Shown one piece after another: positions 11,544 to 20,936 of a stretch of 21,753 nucleotides of DNA. The stretch is taken from contig NC_057719.1 in NCBI RefSeq assembly GCF_004010195.1, forward strand, positions 44,124,475 through 44,146,227, read 5' to 3'. Every line of letters begins with the position of its first letter. Position 1 is the first letter of the stretch. This DNA comes from Chiloscyllium plagiosum (Eukaryota). The position numbers were made by a program, and so were the translations under genes. The notes beneath the pieces are model-generated. The model had not been told where the DNA came from. It ran no database searches and saw only the letters and a program-made list of their open reading frames with translations.

Positions 11544-12435
11544 ATGACACCAAAATTGGAGGTGTAGTGGACAGCAAAGAAGGTTACTTCAGAATACAAC
11601 GGGATCTTGATCAGATGGGTCAATGAGCTGAGAAGTGACAAATGGAGTTTAACTTAGATTAATGCGAGGTGCTGCATGTTGGGAAAGCAAATCTTGGCAG
11701 GACTTATACACTTTAATGGTAAGGTCCGAGGGAATGTTGCTGAACAAAGAGACCTTGGAGTGCAGGTTCATAGTTCCTTGAAAGTGGAGTCGCAGGTAGA
11801 TAGGATAGTGAAGGCAGCGTTTGGTATGCTTTCCTTTATTGGTCAGAGTATTGAGTACAGGAGTTGGGAGGTCATGTTGTGGCTGTACAGGACATTGGTT
11901 AGGCCACTTTTGGAAAATTGCGTGTAATTCTGGTTTCCTCCCTATTGGAAGGATGTTGTGAAACTTGAAAGGGTTCAGAAAAGATTTACAAGGATGTTGC
12001 CAGGGTTGGAGTATTTGAGCTATAGGGAGAGGTTGAATAGACTGGGCCTGTTTCCCTGGAGCATCGGAGGCTAAGGGATGACTTTATAAATGTTTATAAA
12101 GTCATGAGGGGCATGGATAAGATAAATAGGCATAGTCTCTTCCCTCTCCACAACTAGAGGGCATAGATTTAGGGTGAGAGGGGAAAAATATAAAAGGGAC
12201 CTGAGGAGCAACTTTTTCACACAGAGCATGGTACGTGTATGGAATGAGCTGCCAGAGGAAGTGGTGGAGGCTGGTACAATTGTAATATTTAAGAGGCATT
12301 TGGATAGGTATATGAATAGGAAGGGTTTGGAGGGATATGGGCCTGATGCTGGCAAGTGGGACTAGATTGGGTTGGGATATCTGGTCGGCATGGACGAGTT
12401 GGACCGAAGGGTTTGTTTCCATGCTCTATGACTCT

Positions 12436-12930
12436 ACCAGAAAGATGTGAATGCTTTGGCGAGGTACCGGGAAAGGTTTACTTGGTAAGGGGGATTTTCG
12501 TTGTGAAGGAAGGTTGGCTAGACTGGATTTATTTTCACTGGAACGCACAAGGTTGAGGGGTGATCTGATAGACGTTTAAAAGTTTGTGAATGCCATGGAT
12601 AGAGTGGAATGCATGAGACTTTTTCACAGGGTGGAGGGGTCAATTACTGGGGGGATCCTGTTAAAGGTGTGAGGGGGCAAGTTTAAAAGAGATGGGCAAG
12701 GCATGTTTTCATACAAAGGGTGGTGAGTACCTGGAACAGAGGAGATGGTGGAAACAGACACAACAGCAGCATTCAAGAAACACCTGGATGAATGTATGAA
12801 CAGGAAGGGAATTATAGGATACAGACCCTGTAAGTGAAGACAACTTTAGTATGGAAGGGCAAAATGTGGCGGTGCAAGCTTGGAGGGCCAAAGGGCGTGT
12901 TCCTGTGTTGTACTGTTTTTTTGTTCTTTA
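12436..12930 (+). mobile_element. CR1 LINE 3' fragment, different and older subfamily
   Basis: GGTTGAGGGGTGATCTGATAGA (RLRGDLI), CATTCAAGAAACACCTGGATGAA, tail GGGCCAAAGGGCGTGTTCCTGTGTTGTACTGTT. Confidence 0.85.
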
Positions 12931-13313
12931 CTAATAATACAGATTTAGGGACTGGACCTTCTTGATCAGTATGGCCATGTACTACAACATTTAATTTAGC
13001 TATCCAAAGATTCCTTGGATGAAACTTAAAACTAGGATTATAATATCACATAATTCTGGCATTTCCATCAAAAGAATAATTTTAAAACATAAATTTATGT
13101 GGATCCAAGGGGAGCATACATGTTCCCGCTGACTCCATAACTTTCTTCTCCTCCCATTCCCTCCATGCACCACCACTGCATCGACCCAGTGAACCGCCGG
13201 AATAGCATGTGAAAATAAAATATAAATATCAGCAAGTAAATCTGTGCAGCAATGAATCCAGCTTTTCAATAGCTGGCCTTTCGGGCAACTTTTTCAGTGT
13301 TGTGTATAATGGA

Positions 13314-13514
13314 CTGAGTTGGCAGAGGAAGTGGTAGAGATGAGTACAATTACAACATCGAAAAGACATTTGGTCCGGTACATGGATAAGAAAGGTTTAG
13401 AGGGCTATGGGCCAAATGCAGGCAATTTCAATTCAGTTCAGTTTAAGAAACTTTGTTAGCATTGATGAGTTGGGACGAAGGGGCTGTTTCTGTGCTCTGT
13501 ACCTCCATGACTCT
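13314..13514 (+). mobile_element. CR1 LINE 3' terminal fragment
   Basis: GAGTTGGCAGAGGAAGTGGTAGAG...AAAGGTTTAGAGGGCTATGGGCC...CCATGACTCTA is homologous to 12245-12435. Confidence 0.85.
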
Positions 13515-14356
13515 AAGCATGAGCAATTGAATCAATATAATCTAAATAAAAAGCAGCCTCGCAGTGACAGATTACAGCTCATGCTCACATTGTGCAAGTC
13601 CCAGTATCAGACCCCACCATCATCTGAAAGTGTTCCCCTTTTACAACTTTCTAGGTTTGACACAAAATCATCAGATACAGTATTATGTGTTAAATGGAGA
13701 AGCAGATCTCAGGGAAAGAAATATCTTGTAAGTAACATTTTGTCCAATAAAAAGGCAGTTCTTTATGGTTAATATGATGCAACATTGAAGGCAGACATGA
13801 GGAAAGCCATGACTCGGTTGTGTCTTACCTTGCCTGAGAGGAAAGTGACGAAACATGGGAGGAACACTGGTTAATTTGTAAATAGCTAATGACTTCCACT
13901 TTTATGCTCAATTTTATTTTTCTTCATTTGAAAAAATGAATCATAAATGATACACTATGGATTCAGATGCAATATGTACAATGTGCAAAAGTTCAGATCA
14001 TTCTCATTACGTAAAAAAATTCATTTGGAAGTAGCAAACCAGTAACAATGTCCTCACAGACACACTAAACAGAGCTATGAGGGCATAGATTTTATTTATT
14101 AAGACAACAACAAACTAACCTTAGAGAATGTGCAAGAGGGTTGTGAATAAATGTACTCAGACAGCAAAATGTCCGCAGGTCAAAATATTAACTCTGGGGA
14201 AGGGTGTGGACCAAGAAGGGAATTTTTGAACAAAGGAATAGAAGGGAAATAGGACTGAGAAGAATGGTTGAGCCAGAATTACTTGTTGATATGCAAACAT
14301 GAACATAAAGTACAAAAAGTAAATAAACTAGATGATTTTAATGGACACATAACTAT

Positions 14357-15075
14357 TAGCAAGTTTTGAGAAAATTTGTAGCTCATGCTGGGGTTCTGGA
14401 TGTAAGTTTGCTTGCAAAGCTGGAAGGTTCATTTTTAGACATTTCATCACCATGCTAGGTAACATCACCAGTGAGCCTCCGGTGAAACACTGGTGTTATG
14501 TCCTGCTTGCAATTTGTGTGTTTCGATTTCCTTGGGTTAGTGATGTCATTTCCTGTTCTTTTTCTCAGAAGGAGGTAAATGGGATCTAAATCAATATGTT
14601 TGTTGACAGAGTTTGGTTGGAATGCCACTCTTCTAGAAATTCTCAGTGTGTCTCTGTTTGGCTTGTCCTAGGATGGATGTGTTGTCCCAGTGAAAGTGGT
14701 GTCCTTCCACATCTGTATGTAAGGATACTAGTGAGAGTTGGTCATGTCTTTTTGTGGCTGGCTGATGCTCGTGTATCCTGCTAGCTAGTTTTCTGTCTGT
14801 TTGTCCAATGTAGTGTTTGTTACAGTTTTTGCAAAGAATGTAAATGACGTTTGTTTTGCTTGTTGTCTGTATGGGTCTTTTAAGCTTGTTAGCTGCTGTT
14901 TCAGTATGTTGGTGGATTTGTGGGCGACCATGATGTCAAAAGGTGATCTAAACACATAAATAACAAGCAGGACATAACGCCAGCACTTCACTGGAGGCTC
15001 ACTGATGATGTTACCTAGCATGGTGATGAAACATCTGAAAACAAACTTTCCAACTCAGTGAGCAAATTTACATTC
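14357..15075 (-). mobile_element. Penelope-like element (Penelope/Poseidon type): GIY-YIG remnant, 3' pLTR and inverted pLTR, 12-bp TSD
   Basis: Minus strand NVIYILCKNCNKHYIGQTDRKLASRIHEH...HHFHWDNTSILG (GIY-YIG). pLTR ~14357-14530 with an inverted copy ~14945-15075. TSD ACACATAACTAT at 14345-14356 and 15076-15087. Confidence 0.92.
14991..15052 (+). ncRNA. Minimal type I hammerhead ribozyme motif in PLE pLTR
   Basis: CTGATGA (15002-15008), stem II GTTACC-TAGCAT-GGTGAT, GAAA (15028-15031), C-ATC site, stem I TCA/TGA with possible distal pairing TGGAGG/TTTCCA. Matches the known PLE minimal hammerhead layout; CpG-decay changes present. Confidence 0.7.
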
Positions 15076-15269
15076 ACACATAACTATGTTACAGCATGAA
15101 CATTAATCAGATTTTGTCTACAGCAAGAATGGAAACTAAGTGTTACCAGGCATAAAGTTTACATGGAAAGTGAAGGAAGCAAATGGCAAATTTGCAGATC
15201 CATTTTTATTCAACGTAGGGCTTGAAACAACAAGTTAGAATTTGTGTACACATCCATTTGCTTCACATC

Positions 15270-15505
15270 TCATGACATCAAAGGCTTTAAAGCACTTCAC
15301 AGACAATAAAGTACTTTTAAAAGATAATCATTTTTGTAATGAAGGGTGATGTGGTACCCCATTTATAAACAATAAGGTCTCACAAAGAAAACTGAAATAA
15401 ATGTGCTTGGTTTATTTTCATTATATTGACTAAGGGATAAATTTTGACTCAGACAATGGAACTTCTGCATTGAAGCAAAAGAGTGGACCTATTGGAATTT
15501 TCAAA
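15270..15505 (-). mobile_element. Highly degenerate Deu-domain SINE fragment
   Basis: AAAGCACTTCACAGACAATAAAGTACTTTT...TGTAATG...AGGGATAAAT is similar to 3341-3672. Confidence 0.5.
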
Positions 15506-15559
15506 ATTCTGAGGAGACTAGAAGAGAAAGATTATTTTCATTAGTTTGCAGTTTGTTTG

Positions 15560-15900
15560 TCTTTATTCTCCCATGGATGTGGACATCACCACCAAGACAG
15601 CATTTCTTGATCAGTTTTAATTACCCTTGAACTGGTTGATTTGCTATGGCAGTTAGGAGTCAATCACATTGCAGTGCATCTGGAGTCACATCGAGACCAA
15701 TTAAGGACTGCAGATTTCCACCCCTAGATGAAATTAGTGAATCAGAGGGTTTTGCAACAATCAGATTTTTCAGTAATTTCAGGTGTATTCATTTTAAGAT
15801 TTTATATTCTAGGAGCTGCTGTAGTACAATTTGCATCTGCATCCTGTAGCATTAGCCTGGGTCTCTGGATTTCAGGTCTACTGATGTTACCACTTTGTCG
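15560..15900 (-). mobile_element. tRNA-derived SINE with CR1/L2-group LINE-like tail, degenerate
   Basis: GGATGTGGACATC...GGCAGTTAGGAGTCAATCACATTGC...CTGGAGTCACAT...CATTAGCCTGGGTCTCTGGATT; related to the SINE pieces at 20340-20377 and 20936-21023. Confidence 0.65.
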
Positions 15901-16240
15901 CTGAGGAATCTGGGATTGATTAAAGACTAGAAAGTGCACAGTAATCTTTCTTCCTGTCCACAATCTGACAGAGGGATTATCATAAGAGATCACATCTATA
16001 CAATTTACATTTATTTAGCAATTATAAACAAAACACTGACACAGTGAGAGGAGGGATATGCTTTTGTAATCTCTCTTTAGTGTGATTTTTAATAATTAAA
16101 TCAGTAATACTTTTTTTCCCAGTTTTGATCTTGAACAGGTCAATTAAAAGCTTGAAGCACTGTATCGATCAAAATGTTTCCCATCACTGGTGAAGAAACA
16201 TGATGTTTTTTAATATTACATCATTTAAGATTATAATTTT

Positions 16241-16362
16241 AAAGTTTGTTTTCAGATGTTTCATCACCATGCTAGGTAACATCATCAGTGAGCCTCCAGT
16301 GAAGTGCTGGCGTTATGTCCTGCTTGTTATTTATGTGTTTAGATCACCTTTTGACATCATGG
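16241..16362 (+). repeat. 122-bp exact inverted duplicate of 14928-15049 (hammerhead motif on minus strand)
   Basis: Base-by-base comparison with the reverse complement of 14928-15049 shows no differences; the same peptide MLGNIISEPPVKCWRYVLLVIYVFRSPFDIM appears in both ORF-track entries. Confidence 0.95.
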
Positions 16363-16664
16363 CATGTTCTAAGAAGAGGCAGATTAACCTACAGGCTTTT
16401 GAACTCTTATGAGGTGCCCAGAAAAACTTCCATTCTTGGTAAAGCTCAGCATGGCGGAGATAAATGAAACTTATCTAATAACTGAAAGTAGTTTAAGTGT
16501 AACATATTTAACATGATTCATTTCATTAATACCATAACATTCTATAACAACTATCTACATTTATATAGTACTCCAGTTACAGTGAATCATCCCATGACAT
16601 TTTGCCAGAAACTTATTAAAACATAACACTAAGCCACATAAAGCATTTTTAGGAGAGCTGACCA

Positions 16665-17065
16665 AAAGCTTGATTGGTCTCTCTTCACAACTAAACCTTT
16701 CCAGTCCAGGCACATCCTGGAACATATATGACAAGCCTTTCACCCCAGAATCATTCTTGTAAACCTCTTCTGGACCCCTCCAACACCTGCACATCTTCCT
16801 TAGATATGGGACCCAAAACTACTTGCAAAATTCCAATTTATACAGCCTCAGCAATATCTCTCTGCTCTTGTGTTTGCGTCTTCACAAAATGAATGCTAAT
16901 ATTGCATTTGTCTTCCTAACTTTCATCAAATATCCCTTTCTTTGTTTATCCTGCTAAGTGCATCACCGCAGACTGATTTCTATTTGTCACTGATCAGCTC
17001 ATCTGTATTGTACTGTAATGTATGGCCTCATTATTTACCACTCCTCCAATTTTCCTATCAATCTA
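16665..17065 (-). mobile_element. Degenerate CR1 LINE RT C-terminal fragment(s)
   Basis: ATCATTCTTGTAAACCTCTTCTGGACCCCTCC...CTTCCTTAGATATGGGACCCAAAACT (rc of QFWVPYLRK..QKRFTRMI) and TGCTAATATTGCATTTG. Confidence 0.75.
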
Positions 17066-17933
17066 CTGATCGACCCTCTTATATTCAAGTCTAATATTGT
17101 TTATTACCATGAGAATACAGAAAGTAATTGCCTTTGCAAAACAGATACACAAGATTAAATTAATGCTGATATGCCTGGACATTGTTATTTGCATAACTTA
17201 CACATATTGTATTCATAATATATTACATCCATCAGGATGGAAGCAACATTGAGATAAGCAAATACTTGCATATCGCATCAGTCATAGTCCACAAGGACGA
17301 AGTGATAAACTATTACAAATTAGGAACTTGATCAAATCTCTTGGCCGTTATTGTATACAATGTGGAATTTGAACTTGGTCACAGAACAAAACAGAACGCA
17401 ACTGTTTTTAATCTGAATGAATGTTATCAGACAGTATGAACAGGATTCCGCTTCTAGAAGTTGACGCTTGCCACACAAAGACACTGGCAAACACCAAGCC
17501 CGGCAACAACCACACACACCGGGAATGGGGAATCTCAGCGGCTCCGGAGCTCAGTGCAAGGGCAGCCAAGGAAACTGGCTCATTCTAAAACTCAGCCTCC
17601 AAATCTGCCATCTTCCTACTCAAACAAGAAAATCACCAAAACCCATCCTTCAGGCACACACCCAGTAAATTGGAATCTCAACTAGGAAATCAAAAATAAA
17701 TGCTCATTATAAAATCAATGTAAACATCATATCCAATAAAATGTCAGCAACTTTAAGGCTGAACATGTTTTTTGGAGGTGATTGGAGAGAAACGTCTGCC
17801 TTGCCCTTGAGGATCACCCCTACCGAACAGTAACTTCAAACGAGTGCTTCCTGCAACTGTTGGCCGTTGGTGACAAGGTACAATCGGAGTCTGTGCACTT
17901 TCAATCTCATTGAACAGCTGAAACAGAGCTTAC

Positions 17934-18265
17934 CAACTGCGGCTGGGTTTCTCGCCGCTTCCCGGCCTCCGCTCGGTTTGGCCAGAGATCCCGCTTGCAG
18001 CTCACAGAGAGTCGATCCTGACGCCACACATCCCCCCGAACATCGGTAAAAGCTCAGGCAGGTCAGAAGAGTGGAGAGGAAAGGGGGAAAAGAACTGCTC
18101 TCCCTACTTCTGCCCGCGTTCCCTTCCGCGATCTGCCACTTGCATTGCTCAAGTGCGGCTTTTTCAACAGCTTCTGTCAGAGGAGGCGCCTCATGCTGCA
18201 TCCTCTGCGCATTAAAACGTAAGAGGTCAGGACTGAGCACTGAGCCATGTGACACTCTCCCAGAT
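17934..18265 (-). other. Candidate CpG-enriched first exon of an unidentified host gene (5' UTR and/or N-terminal coding)
   Basis: Non-repetitive, locally GC/CpG-rich. Ends at donor TTG|GTAAGC (GT at 17933-17932). Putative start at a CA dinucleotide 31 nt downstream of a TATA box. Frame open from ATG 18201 to the donor, product not recognised. Confidence 0.5.
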
Positions 18266-18354
18266 GGGCTCGTCCAAGCGAACGGTTTGCTTTATAAAAC
18301 ATCTCACAATCTCTCCAGCCTTTACCACAGACGCAAAATCAGGGCTCTGACTCA
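18266..18354 (-). promoter_or_regulatory. Candidate Pol II core promoter: TATA box and AP-1 site
   Basis: Minus-strand TATAAAG beginning 18296; TGACTCA at 18348-18354; adjacent to the CpG-rich exon candidate. Confidence 0.45.
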
Positions 18355-18467
18355 AAGGGAATAACTATAGTTAGACTGTTTAGCCTCCTTTTGTTCATGT
18401 CTCTATTTTCCACGTTGTAAAGACAAATAAAATCAATTGTAATCGAGCAGTTAACGATCATTTTTGG

Positions 18468-18587
18468 AAAAATACTGCGGATGCTGGAAATCTGAAACAG
18501 AAAATTCTGAAGAAACTCAGCACGTCTGGCAGAATCTGTGGAGAGAGAAGCAGGGTTAACGTTTCCAGTCCGCTGTGACTCATTCAC
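18468..18587 (-). mobile_element. Penelope-derived pLTR end fragment
   Basis: ACTGCGGATGCTGGAAATCTGAAACAGAAA...AAACTCAGCACGTCTGGCAGAATCTGTGGAGAGAGAAGCAGGGTTAACGTTTC is reverse-complementary to the family at 19440-19543. Confidence 0.8.
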
Positions 18588-18873
18588 GCCAGACTATGAC
18601 CATCTCCAACAAAAAAAATCCAGTCATTCTTCGTTGACATTCAAATTCATCAACAACGCCATTCTCCACTTTCAAAAAAAATATGCTGCGGGTCATAATT
18701 GATAGTACTGGACCAACACAACATATTATCGTGACTAGGAATTCTAGACAAGTAACAATTCCTGACTTCTCAAGGTTTTTTTTCCCTCACTTTCTACAAG
18801 GTAATCTGTGATGGAATAGTTTCACTTGCTATGAATGCCAATTTAACAACACTCAGAAAATCAAAATTTTCAA

Positions 18874-19543
18874 GGGTTAGTTGCAGACCACCTACACTCT
18901 GTCCGCAAAAATGACCGAGTTTCCAGTGCACTGCCACTTCCCTGTCCGACATTATCGGAGTCCTGGTGCATTGTCGAAGAACAACTGCTTGGGACCCTGA
19001 AGCCTATAGGACTTAACATCGAATTAAATACTTCCACCTTTTATATCCACCTCATATCTGGCCCTGTTATGACATGGGTTGCTTTAGCACAGTCACTTAT
19101 TCCCACAGGTAAATACAATGACTGCAGATGCTGGAAACCAGATTCTGGATTAGTGGTACGGGAAGAGCACAGCAGTTTAGGCAGCATCCGAGGAGCAGTA
19201 AAATCGACGTTTCGGCCCATTATCAAATAATATGGGCTCCATTTAGCACAGCTAACGCATTTTCTCACTCTTAGCTCTTATCTCTTATTCAGCTTCTGTC
19301 CTGTCTGCTATCCATTATCTCCTTGTTTACCTAACCATTTCTCTAGCTGGGATCTGTCTCCACACATCTGCTCACCTTCCCTTCCACCCCACCCCAACTT
19401 TGGCTTCAGCATAAATACCCAGCTTTTCCACCTAGTAACAGTTCTGATAATGAGCCACTAGACCCAAACTGTTAACTCTGTTTTCTTCCCACAGATACTG
19501 CCAGACCTGCTGAGTTTCTCCAGCAATTTCTGTTTTTGTTTCA
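18874..19543 (+). mobile_element. Penelope-like (Neptune-type) element 3' portion: GIY-YIG C-terminus remnant, pyrimidine-rich UTR, pLTR
   Basis: Peptide remnants ADHLHSVRKND and LGTLKPIGLNIE. End CTGATAATGAGCCACTAGACCCAAACTGTTAACTCTG...GACCTGCTGAGTTTCTCCAGCAATTTCTGTTTTTG has a decayed hammerhead core. Confidence 0.7.
19107..19216 (-). mobile_element. Second PLE-derived pLTR fragment nested in the Neptune-like element
   Basis: GACTGCAGATGCTGGAAACCAG...AGCACAGCAGTTTAGGCAGCATCCGAGGAGCAGTAAAATCGACGTTTCGG; same family as 5765-5982. Confidence 0.75.
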
Positions 19544-20461
19544 CTTGTCCAGCACTTCATTAACCACTTTAAACATTCAACCATCCATAAAATATGGTGT
19601 GAGAACTCCCAAAGCTTCTTCAACAACATTTCCCAAACTTGCAGCAAGAAGTTGAACACCACCACCTCCAAAACGCTCCCTGTCACACACCATCCTGGCT
19701 TTGAAATATATTGTATTCTTTCAACTATTATGTCAGAATCCTGAAAAATTCCTCCTTAACAGCATTGTAGGTATACTTAAACCACATAACATGTATCAGT
19801 TCAAGATGGCAGCTCGTCACAATCTTGCCAAGAGCATTCAGGGATAGGCAATAAATGCTGGCTTTCTCAATTATGTGAAATAATTTTTTAAAAAGGACCT
19901 TTGTACTTTCATTTATAAAATAGATGATCGTAACTGTGAGTATGATACATTTTAAGAACTATTTCCTTTCATGGGTGTGAGGACATAACATTACATTCAT
20001 TAAAAAGTCACAGGTTCAACTTCTAGCCTATTTTGAATTATCAGATAAAGCCAGGGTAATAGTAGAGTTATTACAATTAACCTCATACCCCCATAATAGA
20101 TTGTGTAATTCTGCTAATGTAAATACATGTGATTGCAGCCTCATGATTCCTACTGGAGGGTTGCATGTTCAAACATCAGGTTTTGACTGTGATGATGCTT
20201 ACGGTTAAATAGCTCATTCATAAATAATTGCCTTTTGAATAAATAAAACAGCAATGTTGCCAGTGGAATCCTATTCCCTGTAAGGAGTTAATACTTTGAA
20301 AAAAGGGAAAATATAGATATTGTAATACATTAAGGAAAGATGAAGGCCTAGTGGTACTGTCACTAGACTACAAATCCTGTGATACTGTAAAGTTCAAAAT
20401 TTGAATAACTATTCAGAGATTGAAAGCAGTAGCGATAACTCTTTCTAAAATAAATTGTTTA

Positions 20462-20936
20462 CAGAGATGAAAGGTACAAGGAGAAACTGTTATAAAGGAA
20501 TTAAAAGTGACATACTGGTTAACCATTCCTGGGAAGAAGGAGTCAAACCAACATAAACAAGCTGTTTTCTGGGAGAGAAGGTAACACTGCTTGATAATCT
20601 GCTGCCTCATGACAGATTGACAATTAAGATTGCCCGCAAAAGGAATGTCCTGAGGTAAAGGGGTTAACTGCAGGAAGATTGTGATTTCAAACAGTTAATG
20701 CCAAATGCAACAAGGAACAGGGAAGTTACAAAAACAGAAATTGCTGAAAAAGCTCAGCAGGTCAGGCAGCATCTGTGGAGAGAAATCATGAAATGCAGAT
20801 TATCAAGCAGTGTTACCTTCCCTCTCCCAGAAAACAGCTTGTTTATGTTGCTTGGACTCCTTCTTCCCAGGAATGGTTAATCAACTTATCACTTTTATTC
20901 CTTTGTAACAGTTTCGCCTTGTACTTTTCATCTCTG
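20462..20936. repeat. Inverted repeat (foldback): arms ~20462-20602 and ~20795-20936, about 90% identical; spacer holds a PLE pLTR fragment (~20728-20785)
   Basis: CAGAGATGAAAGGTACAAGG...GTAACACTGCTTGATAATCTGC vs GCAGATTATCAAGCAGTGTTAC...CCTTGTACTTTTCATCTCTG; about 12 differences by hand count. Confidence 0.9.

Larger units (their letters stand above)
8019..12435 (+). mobile_element. 5'-truncated CR1 (HER1-like) LINE with near-complete but disrupted ORF2 (APE endonuclease + reverse transcriptase); three nested insertions
   Basis: Endonuclease motifs LNCIYFNARGL, IAITETW, YRPP, GDFNFP, LDLLL, SDHN; RT motifs KSPGPD, SQHG..GKSCLTNL, YLDLSKVF, SGVPQGSVLGPLLF, FAD|DTK, RDLGVQV, YRTLVRPLLE; ORF2 ends ...GKWD* at 12365. 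Many stops and frameshifts. Confidence 0.95.
18588..19890 (+). mobile_element. Old CR1/L2-group LINE 3' portion (18588-18873 and 19545-19890), interrupted by a PLE
   Basis: ATGACCATCTCCAACAA...TCTACAAGG...GTGATGGAATA...AACAACACTCAG; resumes ...AAACATTCA...CACACCATCCTG...AGGGATAGGCAATAAATGCTGG. Confidence 0.7.

Noticed and set aside
13833..13860. CTGAGAG...GAAAC hammerhead-like string
   Set aside because: Does not fit CUGANGA and has no stem II pairing.
14928..16362. Staggered-break inversion bounded by the 122-bp inverted repeats
   Set aside because: The donor PLE is continuous through both ends of the duplicated segment and its two TSDs remain co-oriented.
18362..18373. Perfect 12-bp palindrome TAACTATAGTTA near the promoter
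   Set aside because: Several 12-bp palindromes are expected by chance in 21.7 kb; no known motif recognised.
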